Shown here: piece after piece, positions 9,520-18,563 of the stretch
Layout of the letters: every line of letters begins with the position of its first letter
How positions within the stretch are numbered: position 1 is the first letter of the stretch
Origin: Anaerolineae bacterium
Lineage (GTDB): Bacteria > Chloroflexota > Anaerolineae > Promineifilales > Promineifilaceae
Assembly: GCA_007123775.1 (NCBI GenBank)
Contig: SLGK01000001.1
Span: 2,120 to 66,119, forward strand
DNA: 64,000 nucleotides
Direction of reading: 5' to 3'
Notes under the pieces: model-generated
What the model saw: only the letters and a program-made list of their open reading frames with translations
Databases searched by the model: none
What the model was told of the DNA's origin: nothing
Position numbers and translations under genes: made by a program

Positions 9520-9635
9520 AATTATAAGCCGTAATTACGTTTGCGTAAATGAATCGCTAAGAAATCTTACATTTTGAGGCTGGCTTATGTCTGGCCGTAG
9601 TGTTAAAATGAGCGGCAACAGAGGAGAAAGATCAG

Positions 9636-9914
9636 ATGAAAGTCAATTTTTACGCCACATTACGCCAGATCACCGGCCAAAAGACAGTTGAGTTTGATTT
9701 AGAGGCAGGTATCACGGTGCAACAATTGTTGGACGCCGTGCTGGCCCGCTACCCGGACATGCGGGATGATTTATTGGATGAAAACGGCCGTCTTTATGGT
9801 CACGTGCATCTATTTATAAACGGCCGTGATGCCCCCTACCTCGACGACGGCCTGGAAACCACCATCAAGCCCAATGACAAGGTAGACCTGTTCCCGGCCG
9901 TAGGTGGCGGCTGA
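9636..9914 (+). CDS. MoaD/ThiS-family ubiquitin-like sulfur-carrier protein
   Basis: 92 aa. MKVNFYATLRQITG... has a beta-grasp-like pattern and ends in Gly-Gly (FPAVGGG). Confidence 0.8.
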   Translation: MKVNFYATLRQITGQKTVEFDLEAGITVQQLLDAVLARYPDMRDDLLDENGRLYGHVHLFINGRDAPYLDDGLETTIKPNDKVDLFPAVGGG

Positions 9915-10183
9915 TGGCCGCCGAACCAATTACCCAGGTGCGTGAAATACGCGGTATTCCCCTCTGGCTATTACAAAAATATCTGGTGGAGGCGGGGGGA
10001 ACGGCCGTTGCTGACGGGCAAGTACAGGCCCACGGCTGGCAGGCCACGTTAGAGCAAATCGACGATTTTCAGATCGGTTCCTTGCGCGTGGGACAGGTAA
10101 GAATGACGGTTGTAGGAACGGCCGAACCGCTGGCCCGACTCAACGAAATCCTCGAAGTCAAACTCCTGCGTGCCGGGGGGTAA
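9914..10183 (+). CDS. Hypothetical small protein also ending in Gly-Gly
   Basis: 89-aa ORF coupled to the MoaD-like gene by a TGATG overlap at 9912-9916. C-terminus is ...KLLRAGG. Confidence 0.5.
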   Translation: MAAEPITQVREIRGIPLWLLQKYLVEAGGTAVADGQVQAHGWQATLEQIDDFQIGSLRVGQVRMTVVGTAEPLARLNEILEVKLLRAGG

Positions 10184-10240
10184 GTAGGGGCAGACCCGTG
10201 TGTCTGCCCCCTCTAGGCGAACACATGGGTTCGCCCCTAC
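10184..10240. repeat. GTAGGGGC-family palindromic element (two hairpins)
   Basis: GTAGGGGCAGAC-ccgtgt-GTCTGCCCC followed by GGCGAAC-acatgg-GTTCGCCCCTAC, starting 1 nt after the TAA stop. Confidence 0.85.
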
Positions 10241-10260
10241 ATACGTTTATTAGTTCAACA

Positions 10261-10296
10261 AAAAAGCCTGGTTTCACAAAAGAAACCAGGCCTTTC
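10261..10296. terminator. Bidirectional Rho-independent terminator between convergent genes
   Basis: Perfect 10-bp stem GCCTGGTTTC/GAAACCAGGC (10266-10275 / 10282-10291) flanked by AAAAA on the left and CTTTC on the right. It looks strongest for the minus-strand aor transcript. Confidence 0.7.
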
Positions 10297-10299
10297 AAC

Positions 10300-10343
10300 T
10301 TACATACTTACTTTCTACCTTCTGCCTTCTTAATTCTTACTTC
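10300..10343. repeat. Heptamer array (TCTACCT/TCTGCCT/TCTTAAT/TCTTACT)
   Basis: Six phased TCTNNNT heptamers immediately 3' of the aor stop. Confidence 0.7.
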
Positions 10344-12161
10344 TTATACAACGCCCAACTCTTGCAGCTTCGATTCAGGCACCACGCCATTCTCCCAGCC
10401 GCGAGCCGTGTAATACTCATCCAACATCAGGTCTAACTCACACACATGCCCTTCCGAACCGGGCATCGTCGACGGCTCTTCGGTGAAACGCTTCGGCAGA
10501 TAGTCGCTGCCCTCGCGGAAACCGGCCAGATTGTTGTAATGGCGCTCCAGGTTATAGATGCGCTCACCAGCGACCAGCACGTCATCCATGGTGAATGGCA
10601 CGCCGACCATCGCCGAATATTGGGCCGCATACTCCTCAGCCCCTTCGGCAAACGCGCTAAACTTGCACAGGTCCAGGCTGTCAGAGAAAGCGTGGATGTC
10701 TTGCAGCAGCTTGGTCAACTCACCCTTGCCTTTCCACTCCAGCGGGTCTGTTTGCAGCGGAATGAGGCCTAGCTCACTAGCGGGGGTGTAAGCCCGCAGG
10801 TGGCAGGCACCCCGGTTGCTGGTGGCATAGGCAATGCCCATACCCTTCAAACCACGCGGATCGTAGGCCGGTACACCCTGGCCTTTCACCGTCATGGCAA
10901 TTTCCATATGGCCATAATGCTCGGCCACCGCATTCACGCCGTTGGCCAGCACGTTACCAACACCCTCACGCTGGGCTACCTTCTTCATGGCTTCAATCAT
11001 ACCCATGTAGTCGCCTGATTTCAGACCACCGTCGCCATTGACAAAACCTTGCTCGGTCGCTTCGATGTAAGTACCTAACACATTGCCAATTTCGATGGCA
11101 TCCATGCCAAAGTCATTGGCCATCTGGATCATCTTGGCAATCGAGGCAGCGTTGTCGTTGCCACAGTTAGCCCCTAAAGCCCAGGCCGGCTCATACTCAA
11201 AGCTCTCCATATGGGTACCGGCAAACTCGCCCTCAGTAATCATGACCTCTTTCTTACAGGCCACGGGGCAGGCATGACAGGTCGGGTCTTTAACCAGGAT
11301 ATTTTCTTTGACGTACTCGCCACTGATGTTTTCGGCTTTCTCACCAAAGGAGGTGACACGGCCGTTATAAGCCGGTAACGCTCCCATATTGCTGGTGATG
11401 TTCATCAACACGTTGGTGCCATATACGGACAGGCCACCCTTACGCGGGCTGGTGATGTTCTTCTCGTCCATAATGGTGGCTAACGCCTGGCTGTGAGCGG
11501 GCTTCCAGGCTTCGGCGTCTTTCGGTTTGGGAAAATTCTTTTTGGCTTTGACTACCACTGCCTTAAGATTCTTACTGCCGCCGACACAACCGGTGCCGCC
11601 ACGACCGCTGGCCCGATCATCCTCATTGACCCAGCAACCATAGCGCACCATGTTTTCACCCGCCGGCCCAATCGCCATCACGGTCAAATCCTTTTCACCA
11701 TACAGATCACGGAAATGCTGAATCGTTTCATGGATGCCCTTGCCCCACAGATGGGAGGCATCTAAAAGCTCCATGCCGTCGTCGTGGATGTAGAGATAAA
11801 CAGGCTTGTCGGCTTTGCCTTTGAAAATGAGGCCATCATAGCCAGCCCAGCGCAGACGGGCGGCCGACCAGCCCCCATGATGGCTGTCGGTAACAGTGCC
11901 GGTCAGGGGAGATTTGGTGACAATCGCCATACGGCCGCTCATGTTAGCGGCCGTTCCTGTCAGGGGGCCGTTCATGAAGCAAAGCAAATTGTCGGGGGAA
12001 AGGGGGTCTACTTCGGGACCGTTTTCTAACATATAGCGCACGCCGAGACCGCGTGCGCCAATATACTTCAGTGCCCATTCTTCGGGAATAGGCTTCACCT
12101 CTATTTTACCTGCTGTCAGGTCAATGTGGGCCATTTGATTGGCGTATCCTCCGAGGTTCAT
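10344..12161 (-). CDS. aor: Aldehyde:ferredoxin oxidoreductase (tungsto/molybdo-pterin AOR family)
   Basis: 605 aa. The N-terminus MNLGGYANQMAHIDLTAGKIEVKPIPEEWALKYIGARGLG is the canonical AOR start, and the length and internal Cys motifs (CHACPVACKK) fit the [4Fe-4S]/pterin-binding family. Confidence 0.92.
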   Translation of the reverse strand: MNLGGYANQMAHIDLTAGKIEVKPIPEEWALKYIGARGLGVRYMLENGPEVDPLSPDNLLCFMNGPLTGTAANMSGRMAIVTKSPLTGTVTDSHHGGWSAARLRWAGYDGLIFKGKADKPVYLYIHDDGMELLDASHLWGKGIHETIQHFRDLYGEKDLTVMAIGPAGENMVRYGCWVNEDDRASGRGGTGCVGGSKNLKAVVVKAKKNFPKPKDAEAWKPAHSQALATIMDEKNITSPRKGGLSVYGTNVLMNITSNMGALPAYNGRVTSFGEKAENISGEYVKENILVKDPTCHACPVACKKEVMITEGEFAGTHMESFEYEPAWALGANCGNDNAASIAKMIQMANDFGMDAIEIGNVLGTYIEATEQGFVNGDGGLKSGDYMGMIEAMKKVAQREGVGNVLANGVNAVAEHYGHMEIAMTVKGQGVPAYDPRGLKGMGIAYATSNRGACHLRAYTPASELGLIPLQTDPLEWKGKGELTKLLQDIHAFSDSLDLCKFSAFAEGAEEYAAQYSAMVGVPFTMDDVLVAGERIYNLERHYNNLAGFREGSDYLPKRFTEEPSTMPGSEGHVCELDLMLDEYYTARGWENGVVPESKLQELGVV

Positions 12162-12408
12162 CTTTTGCTCCTTTTCGGCCAGTTACCGTTTGTATAACTG
12201 GCAAACTAAATAAACGTGGGACATGGATTGATAGGGGCAAAATGGGCGGAGCCAGCGACGGCCGTTTGCAGCACTGTAATAGCATAAGCGGCGGTACGTC
12301 GCTTTGATATGCCTATTGCCGCTATTTACTTGATTGTATAGAAAATCTGGTTAAACGCAATAGAAACTTTAATGCTTTCAATGATCTCATTGACGATCAA
12401 CGATTTTT

Positions 12409-12482
12409 GACGAAAGACCGAAGACGAAGGACGGAATTATTCTGGCCATCGGTCTTTCGTCCTCCGTCCTCGGTCCTCGGTC
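12409..12482. repeat. Inverted pair of heptamer arrays (GACGAAA/GACCGAA/GACGAAG/GACGGAA versus GGTCTTT/CGTCCTC/GGTCCTC)
   Basis: The arms form a long imperfect hairpin just 3' of the NrfD-like gene stop at 12513. Confidence 0.85.
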
Positions 12483-12512
12483 AGTGAATTGTTAAGCTGA
12501 CTTGAACCATAC

Positions 12513-13736
12513 CTAAAAATGTTCCCGGTAAATGGGCAAATAGCGTACGCCTAAGGTAAAGAATAGCAACGAATAAGCCAGGATGCCCAGAGAGATAGCT
12601 ACTTCGATCATGGTGGGTGAATAAGAGACGGCCACGCCGGCCGCGCCAATCACACCCGGCGACCATTCCGGCGGCACCACCAGACCAGAAAGCGTCACGT
12701 TCCAACGATTGATGATGACGCCCATAACCACTAATCCCAATGCCGCCATCAACGCCTGCTCGTTACGCCGCCAGCGCGGGTAAAGCAGTATGACCGCGGG
12801 AATAACGCCCGCCAGCAGAATTTCCCACCACCAGAAGGTAAGCGTATAAGGTGTGGTGGCCTGCAAACGGGCCAGCGCATCGGCAATGCCGGGGCTAGAG
12901 CTGTAGTAAGTGGTGGCCGCCCAGTCCCACAGCTTGATGTAGAGATAGCCCACCGTGACGTACCCCACAAAGCGGGCAATCTCACGCTGCACATCGACTG
13001 ATACTAGCCGTCGATGGCGCAGTTTGCCCGTGACCATCGTTGCCAGCAGCGTCAGCGCCAACCCGCCGGCAATGGCCGACAAGATGAACATGATGGGCAT
13101 TGACGGTTTGAACCAGATAGCCCGCCCCGTCAATACGCCATACGTAGCCCCCAGAGATGATTGATGCAGCAGCGACAAAATCATGCCGACCAAAGCAAAG
13201 AAAGGTGTCGCTTTATGCAAATTATGGCTGAAACGACGCAGCCGGTTCCAGCCGTCAAACCAGCGCGTTTCGGCAATGATAGGAATAAATTCCAGCATCA
13301 ACACAGTCGAGTAAAGGATGACGCACCAGGTAATTTCCCACAGGACCGAGTGGACGTTCCAATAAACCAGGGGATGCCAGAAGCGGTCCGGCCGGCCGAT
13401 GTCCATAGCCAGCGCGAACATGGCCGAGGTATAGCCCAAAAAACCGACAAATACGGCCGGCCGGGCCAGTGGCTCCAATCTCTCAATACGAAAGAGGTAA
13501 ACGGCCGCTGAAAAAGTAAACGCCCCCGCCCCCAGCGCAATCGCCGACAGGTCATGGGTAATCCACAAACCCCAGGGCACCTGATCACTCAAATTGGTCT
13601 GGTACAGGCCGCGCAGCAAAATCTGTAATGCTGCAATCAGCCCGCCCAGCACCATCACGCTCAGCAGTGCCAGCCAGCCCATCAATGCTTTATTCATTCG
13701 TTTAGCGCCGTTCGTTAGCTCATTGAGCGTACCCAT
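12513..13736 (-). CDS. NrfD/PsrC-family integral membrane quinone-interacting subunit
   Basis: 407 aa with about 10 helices. Shows the NrfD-type pattern (WGLWITHDLSAIALGAGAF, PDRFWHP) and is coupled by a 1-nt overlap to the FeS subunit gene. Confidence 0.85.
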   Translation of the reverse strand: MGTLNELTNGAKRMNKALMGWLALLSVMVLGGLIAALQILLRGLYQTNLSDQVPWGLWITHDLSAIALGAGAFTFSAAVYLFRIERLEPLARPAVFVGFLGYTSAMFALAMDIGRPDRFWHPLVYWNVHSVLWEITWCVILYSTVLMLEFIPIIAETRWFDGWNRLRRFSHNLHKATPFFALVGMILSLLHQSSLGATYGVLTGRAIWFKPSMPIMFILSAIAGGLALTLLATMVTGKLRHRRLVSVDVQREIARFVGYVTVGYLYIKLWDWAATTYYSSSPGIADALARLQATTPYTLTFWWWEILLAGVIPAVILLYPRWRRNEQALMAALGLVVMGVIINRWNVTLSGLVVPPEWSPGVIGAAGVAVSYSPTMIEVAISLGILAYSLLFFTLGVRYLPIYREHF

Positions 13737-14623
13737 TACTCTCGTCTCCTATCAGCCCGCACGTAATGAACGTTTGGCTCAGTGCCAAAATCTTCACGCA
13801 GCCGGAAAGTGGGATTCTCGGCCATGTAGCGGGAAACCGGACTATCCGGGTCATTGGCATCCCCAAATACTCGCGCCCCCACGGGGCAGATATTAACGCA
13901 GGCAGGGGTGGCAGACCGATCAATACCGGGCATTAACCCTTGCTCTAACCCCCGGTCGATGCGATGCACACAGAAGGTACATTTTTCTACCACGCCACGA
14001 GCACGGCGCGGCACTTCAGCCGAGCCCCAGGTTGGTTGATAATCATTGGGTGTGTCTGGCTCGCGCCAGTTAAAGCGGCGGGCATCATAGGGGCAGGCCA
14101 CCTGACAGTAACGGCAGCCAATGCAGAGATCGTAATCCATATCCACCAGGCCATCAGGCCGCACCCAGGTCGCACCCACCGGACAGACGCGCACGCAGGG
14201 TGCGTCCTGGCAGTGCAGACAAGGCCGGGTCATATAAAACTCCTGGCCAGTAATGGTTCGCTCAGGGAAGCCAACGTTCCAGCGCATAGAGTCATCGGCC
14301 ACGTCGTTGACAGCCTGGCAGCCCCAGACGCAATAGTTACAACCGATACACTTCTCCAGGTCGATAACCATGTGCCAGTCATGCTCAGGCGAGCCTTCAC
14401 CGGGATGGAGCCGTTCGCCAATGCCCTCGATGGCGTCCGCCGAGAGCGGTCCAGAGACCACGACCTGGGTAAAAGCAACGGCCGCACCGGTGGCGCCAAC
14501 AATCTTCAAAAAGTCGCGCCGGTTAAGCAGGCCCTTGTCATCCTGTTTCTTTTTTGGTTTGGGTGTCTGTTCTTGTTCGCTCATAGGGCAATCAATCCGT
14601 GTTGTCTTCCTGATCTTCTTCAT
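13736..14623 (-). CDS. Tat-exported 4x[4Fe-4S] ferredoxin-type subunit (NrfC/PsrB/HmcB-like)
   Basis: Twin-arginine signal NRRDFLKIVGATGAAVAF. Cluster motifs CIGCNYCVWGC, CLHCQDAPCVRVCP, CIGCRYCQVACP, CTFCVHR...CVNICP. An alternative start at 14584 (MSEQEQ) is possible. Confidence 0.9.
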   Translation of the reverse strand: MKKIRKTTRIDCPMSEQEQTPKPKKKQDDKGLLNRRDFLKIVGATGAAVAFTQVVVSGPLSADAIEGIGERLHPGEGSPEHDWHMVIDLEKCIGCNYCVWGCQAVNDVADDSMRWNVGFPERTITGQEFYMTRPCLHCQDAPCVRVCPVGATWVRPDGLVDMDYDLCIGCRYCQVACPYDARRFNWREPDTPNDYQPTWGSAEVPRRARGVVEKCTFCVHRIDRGLEQGLMPGIDRSATPACVNICPVGARVFGDANDPDSPVSRYMAENPTFRLREDFGTEPNVHYVRADRRRE

Positions 14624-15623
14624 CCTCTTCGCTGCGGCGACGTACGTTGTGGGCCACCAGCCAGGCGGTTGTGCCGCCTAGCACCAGGCCAATGATGCCG
14701 CCTTGGAAGAGGATGGTAATGGTGCGGCTGGCCAGAGCCGCTTCAAGGGCCTGAACCTGTTGTTCCAGAAGTGCGCCGTTTTCGGCCACGAGGCGGGCCG
14801 GCGGCCGGCGGTCGGCCAGGCTGAGAGTAGGTGTTATGCCTTCATTGGCTACGGCACTGGCGCCACGCTCCCAACCGGGCAAGGAGAAACCGGCATGGAG
14901 CGCATCGGTGTGGCAGGCCACGCAGGTTGCCGGGGTAATGGTGAACTGGTGGCCGGTGGGCACCAGGCCATCAATCGGTATCTCTTCCGGCGGGATAACG
15001 AGCATGTGGCAGTCTACGCAGCCAATGCCTTCCTGAATGTGCAGATCTTCCAGGTAGTCACCCATGTCGTCTTGATGGCAGTTGATGCACATCTCGTCGG
15101 CTACGGGGAAAAGCGGCAGTTGGCTGTGGGGATCGTGGCAGGAGACGCAGCCAATGTCGCCGGCACCGTGCCCACTGAGTCGCCATTCACTGTGGGTGGG
15201 CGTATGGCAGGCACCGCAATATTCGGTGTCACTGCGGAGCGGGATAGGAGCTGGGGGATGGTCGGGATTAACCTCACCATGACAGGCTTCGCAGGTAATG
15301 CCTTCGGCCTTGAATGTGCCGGTGGTGGCATCATAGCCGGTGGTGTGGCAGGTCAAACATTCGCCGGGGTTGCCTTGTGCTTGCCACCATTCCTGAAAAA
15401 CGGGGTCGTCGTAGGCGTGGGCGTGGGCGCTGTCTTCCCAATTGCGGGCGACGTTAAGATGGCACGAAGCGCAGTCACTAGGGGCAACGTCCTCGGGCAC
15501 GTCACGCTCTTGGGCCTGAGTCACCTGCACGGCCGTAAAGGCCAGGACGAGCAGGAATATAGCTAATCCGGTCAGGAATGGCAGTAGGTGACTGGAAATA
15601 TTGGGGTGTTTTTTTCTGGCCAT
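14592..15623 (-). CDS. Octahaem c-type cytochrome with N-terminal signal/anchor and C-terminal TM helix
   Basis: Eight CxxCH motifs (CASCH, CLTCH, CEACH, CGACH, CVSCH, CINCH, CVDCH, CVACH). Hydrophobic N-terminus and a C-terminal helix IIGLVLGGTTAWLVA. Confidence 0.9.
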   Translation of the reverse strand: MARKKHPNISSHLLPFLTGLAIFLLVLAFTAVQVTQAQERDVPEDVAPSDCASCHLNVARNWEDSAHAHAYDDPVFQEWWQAQGNPGECLTCHTTGYDATTGTFKAEGITCEACHGEVNPDHPPAPIPLRSDTEYCGACHTPTHSEWRLSGHGAGDIGCVSCHDPHSQLPLFPVADEMCINCHQDDMGDYLEDLHIQEGIGCVDCHMLVIPPEEIPIDGLVPTGHQFTITPATCVACHTDALHAGFSLPGWERGASAVANEGITPTLSLADRRPPARLVAENGALLEQQVQALEAALASRTITILFQGGIIGLVLGGTTAWLVAHNVRRRSEEDEEDQEDNTD

Positions 15624-15656
15624 ATCGTTTTCCTAATTAACTTGTTATGCGTAACT

Positions 15657-16613
15657 TCAAGCAACGGCCGTTTCCACTGCCATGGCTCTTCTACAGGCGG
15701 TTTCAAACTCAAGCAACACGGGATTACGGCCGTTATTGACAAAATTCCAAAAAGCGGTTTGAACCACACTGGCCGGATGGCGGCGCGAACGGCCGATAAA
15801 AATATCCTGCCCCATCTCTAGCCCGCTGACGCGCACCGTGACCACCCGGTCGGCCACCAGATAGTCAACAACCGATTGGGTCACAAAAGCCACCCCAATC
15901 CCTTCTTGCACGGCCAGGGCAATTGCTTCTGAATTACCCAACGTTAAGGTACCCGACAGTTGGCCCAGGGACAGGCCATGCTGCTGCAAACCATGGCCGA
16001 CGATAGCCCGTGTGCCAGACCCTTCTTCACGCATAATGAAGTTAGTCTCCAGCAGCTCGTGTGGCTCAATTATGGCCCGCTTGGACCAGGGATGGGTCGG
16101 AGGCACAATCAGCACCACCGGATCCGAAACCAGATGGCGAAACTCGGCATCGTCGCAAAAGTCGCTGGCGCTGGCCAACGCCAAATGGACATCGCCATCA
16201 CACAACATTTGCATGGATTGGGGGCGAGATGTAACGCGGCAAGTCGCCTGTACCTGCGGGTGACGCTTCAGGAAGTCGGCCAGCAGAAAGGGTAGAATGT
16301 ATTTACCACTGGTGGTGCTACAGCCCACGATCAAGTGCCCATACACCTCATCTTTCAAGGAGCGCATCGTCTCTTCAATATTGATAGACGCCCCAATTAA
16401 CTCCTGAGCCATCGGTATCAGGGCTTCGCCGGCATCGGTCAGAGAAACGCGACGGCCGCTGCGAATAAAAAGGGGCGTATCGAAATAATTCTCCAGTTCG
16501 CGGATGTGCTGGCTAACGCTGGGCTGGCTCATGTGCAACTGGCGGGCGGCAGCGGTGAAGTTTAGCGTACTAGCGGCGGTCAAAAAAACATTGAGTTGGT
16601 GTGCGTCTAACAT
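15657..16613 (-). CDS. LysR-family transcriptional regulator
   Basis: N-terminal HTH LNVFLTAASTLNFTAAARQLHMSQPSVSQHIRELE plus a LysR substrate-binding domain. The ATG at 16613 (MLDAHQL) is preferred over the TTG at 16625. Confidence 0.9.
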   Translation of the reverse strand: MLDAHQLNVFLTAASTLNFTAAARQLHMSQPSVSQHIRELENYFDTPLFIRSGRRVSLTDAGEALIPMAQELIGASINIEETMRSLKDEVYGHLIVGCSTTSGKYILPFLLADFLKRHPQVQATCRVTSRPQSMQMLCDGDVHLALASASDFCDDAEFRHLVSDPVVLIVPPTHPWSKRAIIEPHELLETNFIMREEGSGTRAIVGHGLQQHGLSLGQLSGTLTLGNSEAIALAVQEGIGVAFVTQSVVDYLVADRVVTVRVSGLEMGQDIFIGRSRRHPASVVQTAFWNFVNNGRNPVLLEFETACRRAMAVETAVA

Positions 16614-16626
16614 GACGTTCTCCAAG

Positions 16627-16688
16627 TGAAACGTAATGCGTAGAACGTAATGCGTAATTTTTACGTTTTACTTTTTACGTTTTACGCT
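16627..16688. repeat. Inverted pair of heptamer arrays (ACGTAAT/GCGTAGA versus TTACGTT/TTACTTT)
   Basis: aaacgtaatgcgtagaacgtaatgcgtaa ... ttacgttttactttttacgttttacgc, directly upstream of the LysR gene. Confidence 0.85.
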
Positions 16689-16807
16689 TCGCTTACCCGC
16701 CAGAAGCGAGCAATGACGGGCCTTTCATTTGTGAAGTATTGCACAAGCACTATTACTCTAACAAGTGATTAATGTCACATTTGTATAGTTTTTGCTTATT
16801 GAACCAA

Positions 16808-16834
16808 TAGGCAAAAACGATAGGCAAAACCTAT
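16808..16834. promoter_or_regulatory. Candidate LysR box (T-N11-A dyad) with an upstream half-repeat
   Basis: ATAGGCAAAACCTAT (16820-16834) is a dyad ATAGG-N5-CCTAT containing T-N11-A. ATAGGCAAAA is repeated at 16808-16817. It lies in the divergent region between the LysR gene and the cytochrome gene. Confidence 0.45.
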
Positions 16835-16842
16835 ACAGGCTA

Positions 16843-16870
16843 TTGATGATGGGGGGTATTTACTTATAAT
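16843..16870 (+). promoter_or_regulatory. Sigma70-like promoter for the 12-haem cytochrome/rhodanese genes
   Basis: TTGATG (16843-16848), 16-nt spacer, TATAAT (16865-16870), about 90 nt upstream of the ATG at 16963 and just downstream of the LysR-box candidate. Confidence 0.45.
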
Positions 16871-16962
16871 AGGAGTAGATAGTTACAAATTTCACAAATA
16901 GAGTGCGGCAGTTATCCACTTGGGATGCTGTTCCAAAATAGCTGCTCTATGGAGGGATTGTT

Positions 16963-18483
16963 ATGCCCCATCCGCTTAAATTAGTTGTGGGCAGTCTGGC
17001 TGCTTTTGTTTTGCTCTTTGTGATCGCCTGCAGCCAGACAGCCGTCCCGGTTGATGTGGAGCCAATGGCTCCGGAACCGGTGGCGGTCGCCACAGAAATA
17101 CCTGCGCCAGAAGTAGAAGAGCCAGAACAAACAGAAACGGCCGTGGCTCCGCCCGTTGATGAATGTGTCGCCTGTCATATCGACAAAGACCGCATCATCG
17201 CCAACCTGGCCCCGGAAGAGGAGGTAATAAAAGAATCAGAAGGGGTGGGCTGAGGTGGTGATGTGGCTCCGTTGGAGCCATGGGAAAAAGTACTCATAAG
17301 CGCAGCCTTCCTGGACACGGTGCATGGTCACATGGCCTGTACCGACTGCCATCAAGGTGAGCAATCGCCAGAAAAAGAAATTGCCCACACCGACTTAATC
17401 CGTCGGCCCAGTATGGACCCCGAAGCAGCTTGTGGCGACTGCCATACCAACATTGCTTCGGTTCAGGCCAACAGCCTGCACGCTACGTTGGCCGGTTACA
17501 CAACCGTTTTACACGCTCGCAGCGCACCGGAACATCATGACACCCTGGATGAGATGTACAACAACCATTGTGCCTCTTGCCACGCCACCTGCGGTGACTG
17601 CCACGTCACCCAACCCTACTATGTCGGTGGTGGCTTCCTAAGCGGTCACGAGTTCCAGCGCACCCCGCCCATGACCCGCACCTGCACCGGTTGTCACGGC
17701 AGCCGCGTCGGGGACGAATACCTGGGCAAGCGGGAAGGGGTACGAGCCGATGTCCACTTCCGGCAGGGGCGCATGACCTGCGTTAGCTGCCATACCGGCG
17801 ACGAGATGCACGGCCAGCCCGACAACTGTCAGGATTGCCACGCCGGGCCAGTGCCCGACGAACCCATGCCGCGTGAGCATCGCTATCATGGGGTAGCCAA
17901 GCCAAGCTGCGGTAGCTGCCATGTGGAAGTGACCACCGGCCGTGACGGCAACGAGATGCACGAGCAGCACAGTGCCGACCTCTCTTGCCAGGTCTGCCAC
18001 TCGATTACTTATAGCAATTGTGAAAGTTGCCATGTGCAGATCAGCGACGTGACGGGCAATCCGTTCTACGTGTCGCAGAATACCTTTTACACCTTTTTGA
18101 TTGGGTTGAATCCGATCCGCAGCGCACAACGGCCGTATAAATACGTGCCTGTGCGCCGCATACCGGTAGACCCCGACAGCTACGTCTTCTACGGGGAAGA
18201 TCTGTTGCCTAACTTCGACGCTTTGCCGACCTGGGCGCACGCCACGCCCCACAACATTCAGCGCAACACGCCGCAGACCGAGTCTTGCAATAGCTGTCAC
18301 GGCAATGCGGCCATCTTCCTGACCGAAGATAAGCTGCTCAAAGAGACCCATCTGGAGGCCAACCGCCCCGTTTTGGTCACAACCATTCCGCCGCTGCTGG
18401 GCACGCCCATCACGGCCACAGAAACAATCACAATAACAGATGTTTTAACGCCGACTCAGCCTGTTGAGACGGATCAACCTTAA
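16963..18483 (+). CDS. 12-haem c-type cytochrome lipoprotein, read as one gene through an in-frame TGA at 17251-17253 (Sec, read-through, or disrupted)
   Basis: ORF 16963-17253 has a lipoprotein-type signal (LLFVIACSQ), an acidic Pro/Glu linker and 1 CxxCH. ORF 17263-18483 is in the SAME frame, has 11 CxxCH and no signal peptide. Only TGA plus 3 codons separate them. Counter-evidence: an SD-like GAGGTG sits 5 nt before the GTG at 17263. Confidence 0.55.
17254..17282 (+). promoter_or_regulatory. SECIS-like hairpin downstream of the in-frame UGA
   Basis: Exactly 11 nt after TGA comes GGCTCC-GTT-GGAGCC (17265-17279). The stem extends by T-A and two G.U pairs (17262-17282) and the apical loop contains GU. 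Confidence 0.4.
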
Positions 18484-18490
18484 ACGAGTT

Positions 18491-18554
18491 AGTGCGTAGT
18501 GCGTAATGCGTAATGATAAAGGTCTACGCACTACGTACCACGCACTACGTTACG
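18491..18554. repeat. Inverted pair of heptamer arrays (GTGCGTA/GTGCGTA/ATGCGTA versus CTACGCA/CTACGTA)
   Basis: Left arm 18491-18515 and right arm 18524-18554, between the cytochrome stop and the rhodanese start. The ORF-track start at 18513 reads through it. Confidence 0.85.
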
Positions 18555-18563
18555 GAGGACAAG

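Noticed and set aside
10198-10413. 71-aa plus-strand ORF, and the similar spacer ORFs 2674-2943 and 61315-61645
   Set aside because: They run through palindromic or heptamer repeats and terminators between convergent genes. No RBS or motif supports them.
12162-12408. Possible Moco/Tuco riboswitch in the ~250-nt region upstream of aor
   Set aside because: I could not recognise the conserved Moco-motif core by eye in the reverse-complemented leader. It would need a covariance-model scan (Rfam Moco_RNA_motif) to decide.
12513-15623. Calling the cytochrome/FeS/NrfD trio an alternative complex III
   Set aside because: The FeS subunit lacks the large molybdopterin-like domain of ActB. The cytochrome has eight rather than five haems, and no ActD/E/F-like genes follow. 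An Ohc/Nhc-like description is safer.
17251-17253. Genome-wide UGA reassignment (Gly or Trp code) as the explanation for the in-frame TGA
   Set aside because: TGA clearly acts as a stop elsewhere in the window (for example 5481-5483, 9912-9914, 42123-42125, 56423-56425, all with coupled downstream starts). Any decoding must therefore be local (Sec or read-through) or the gene is disrupted.
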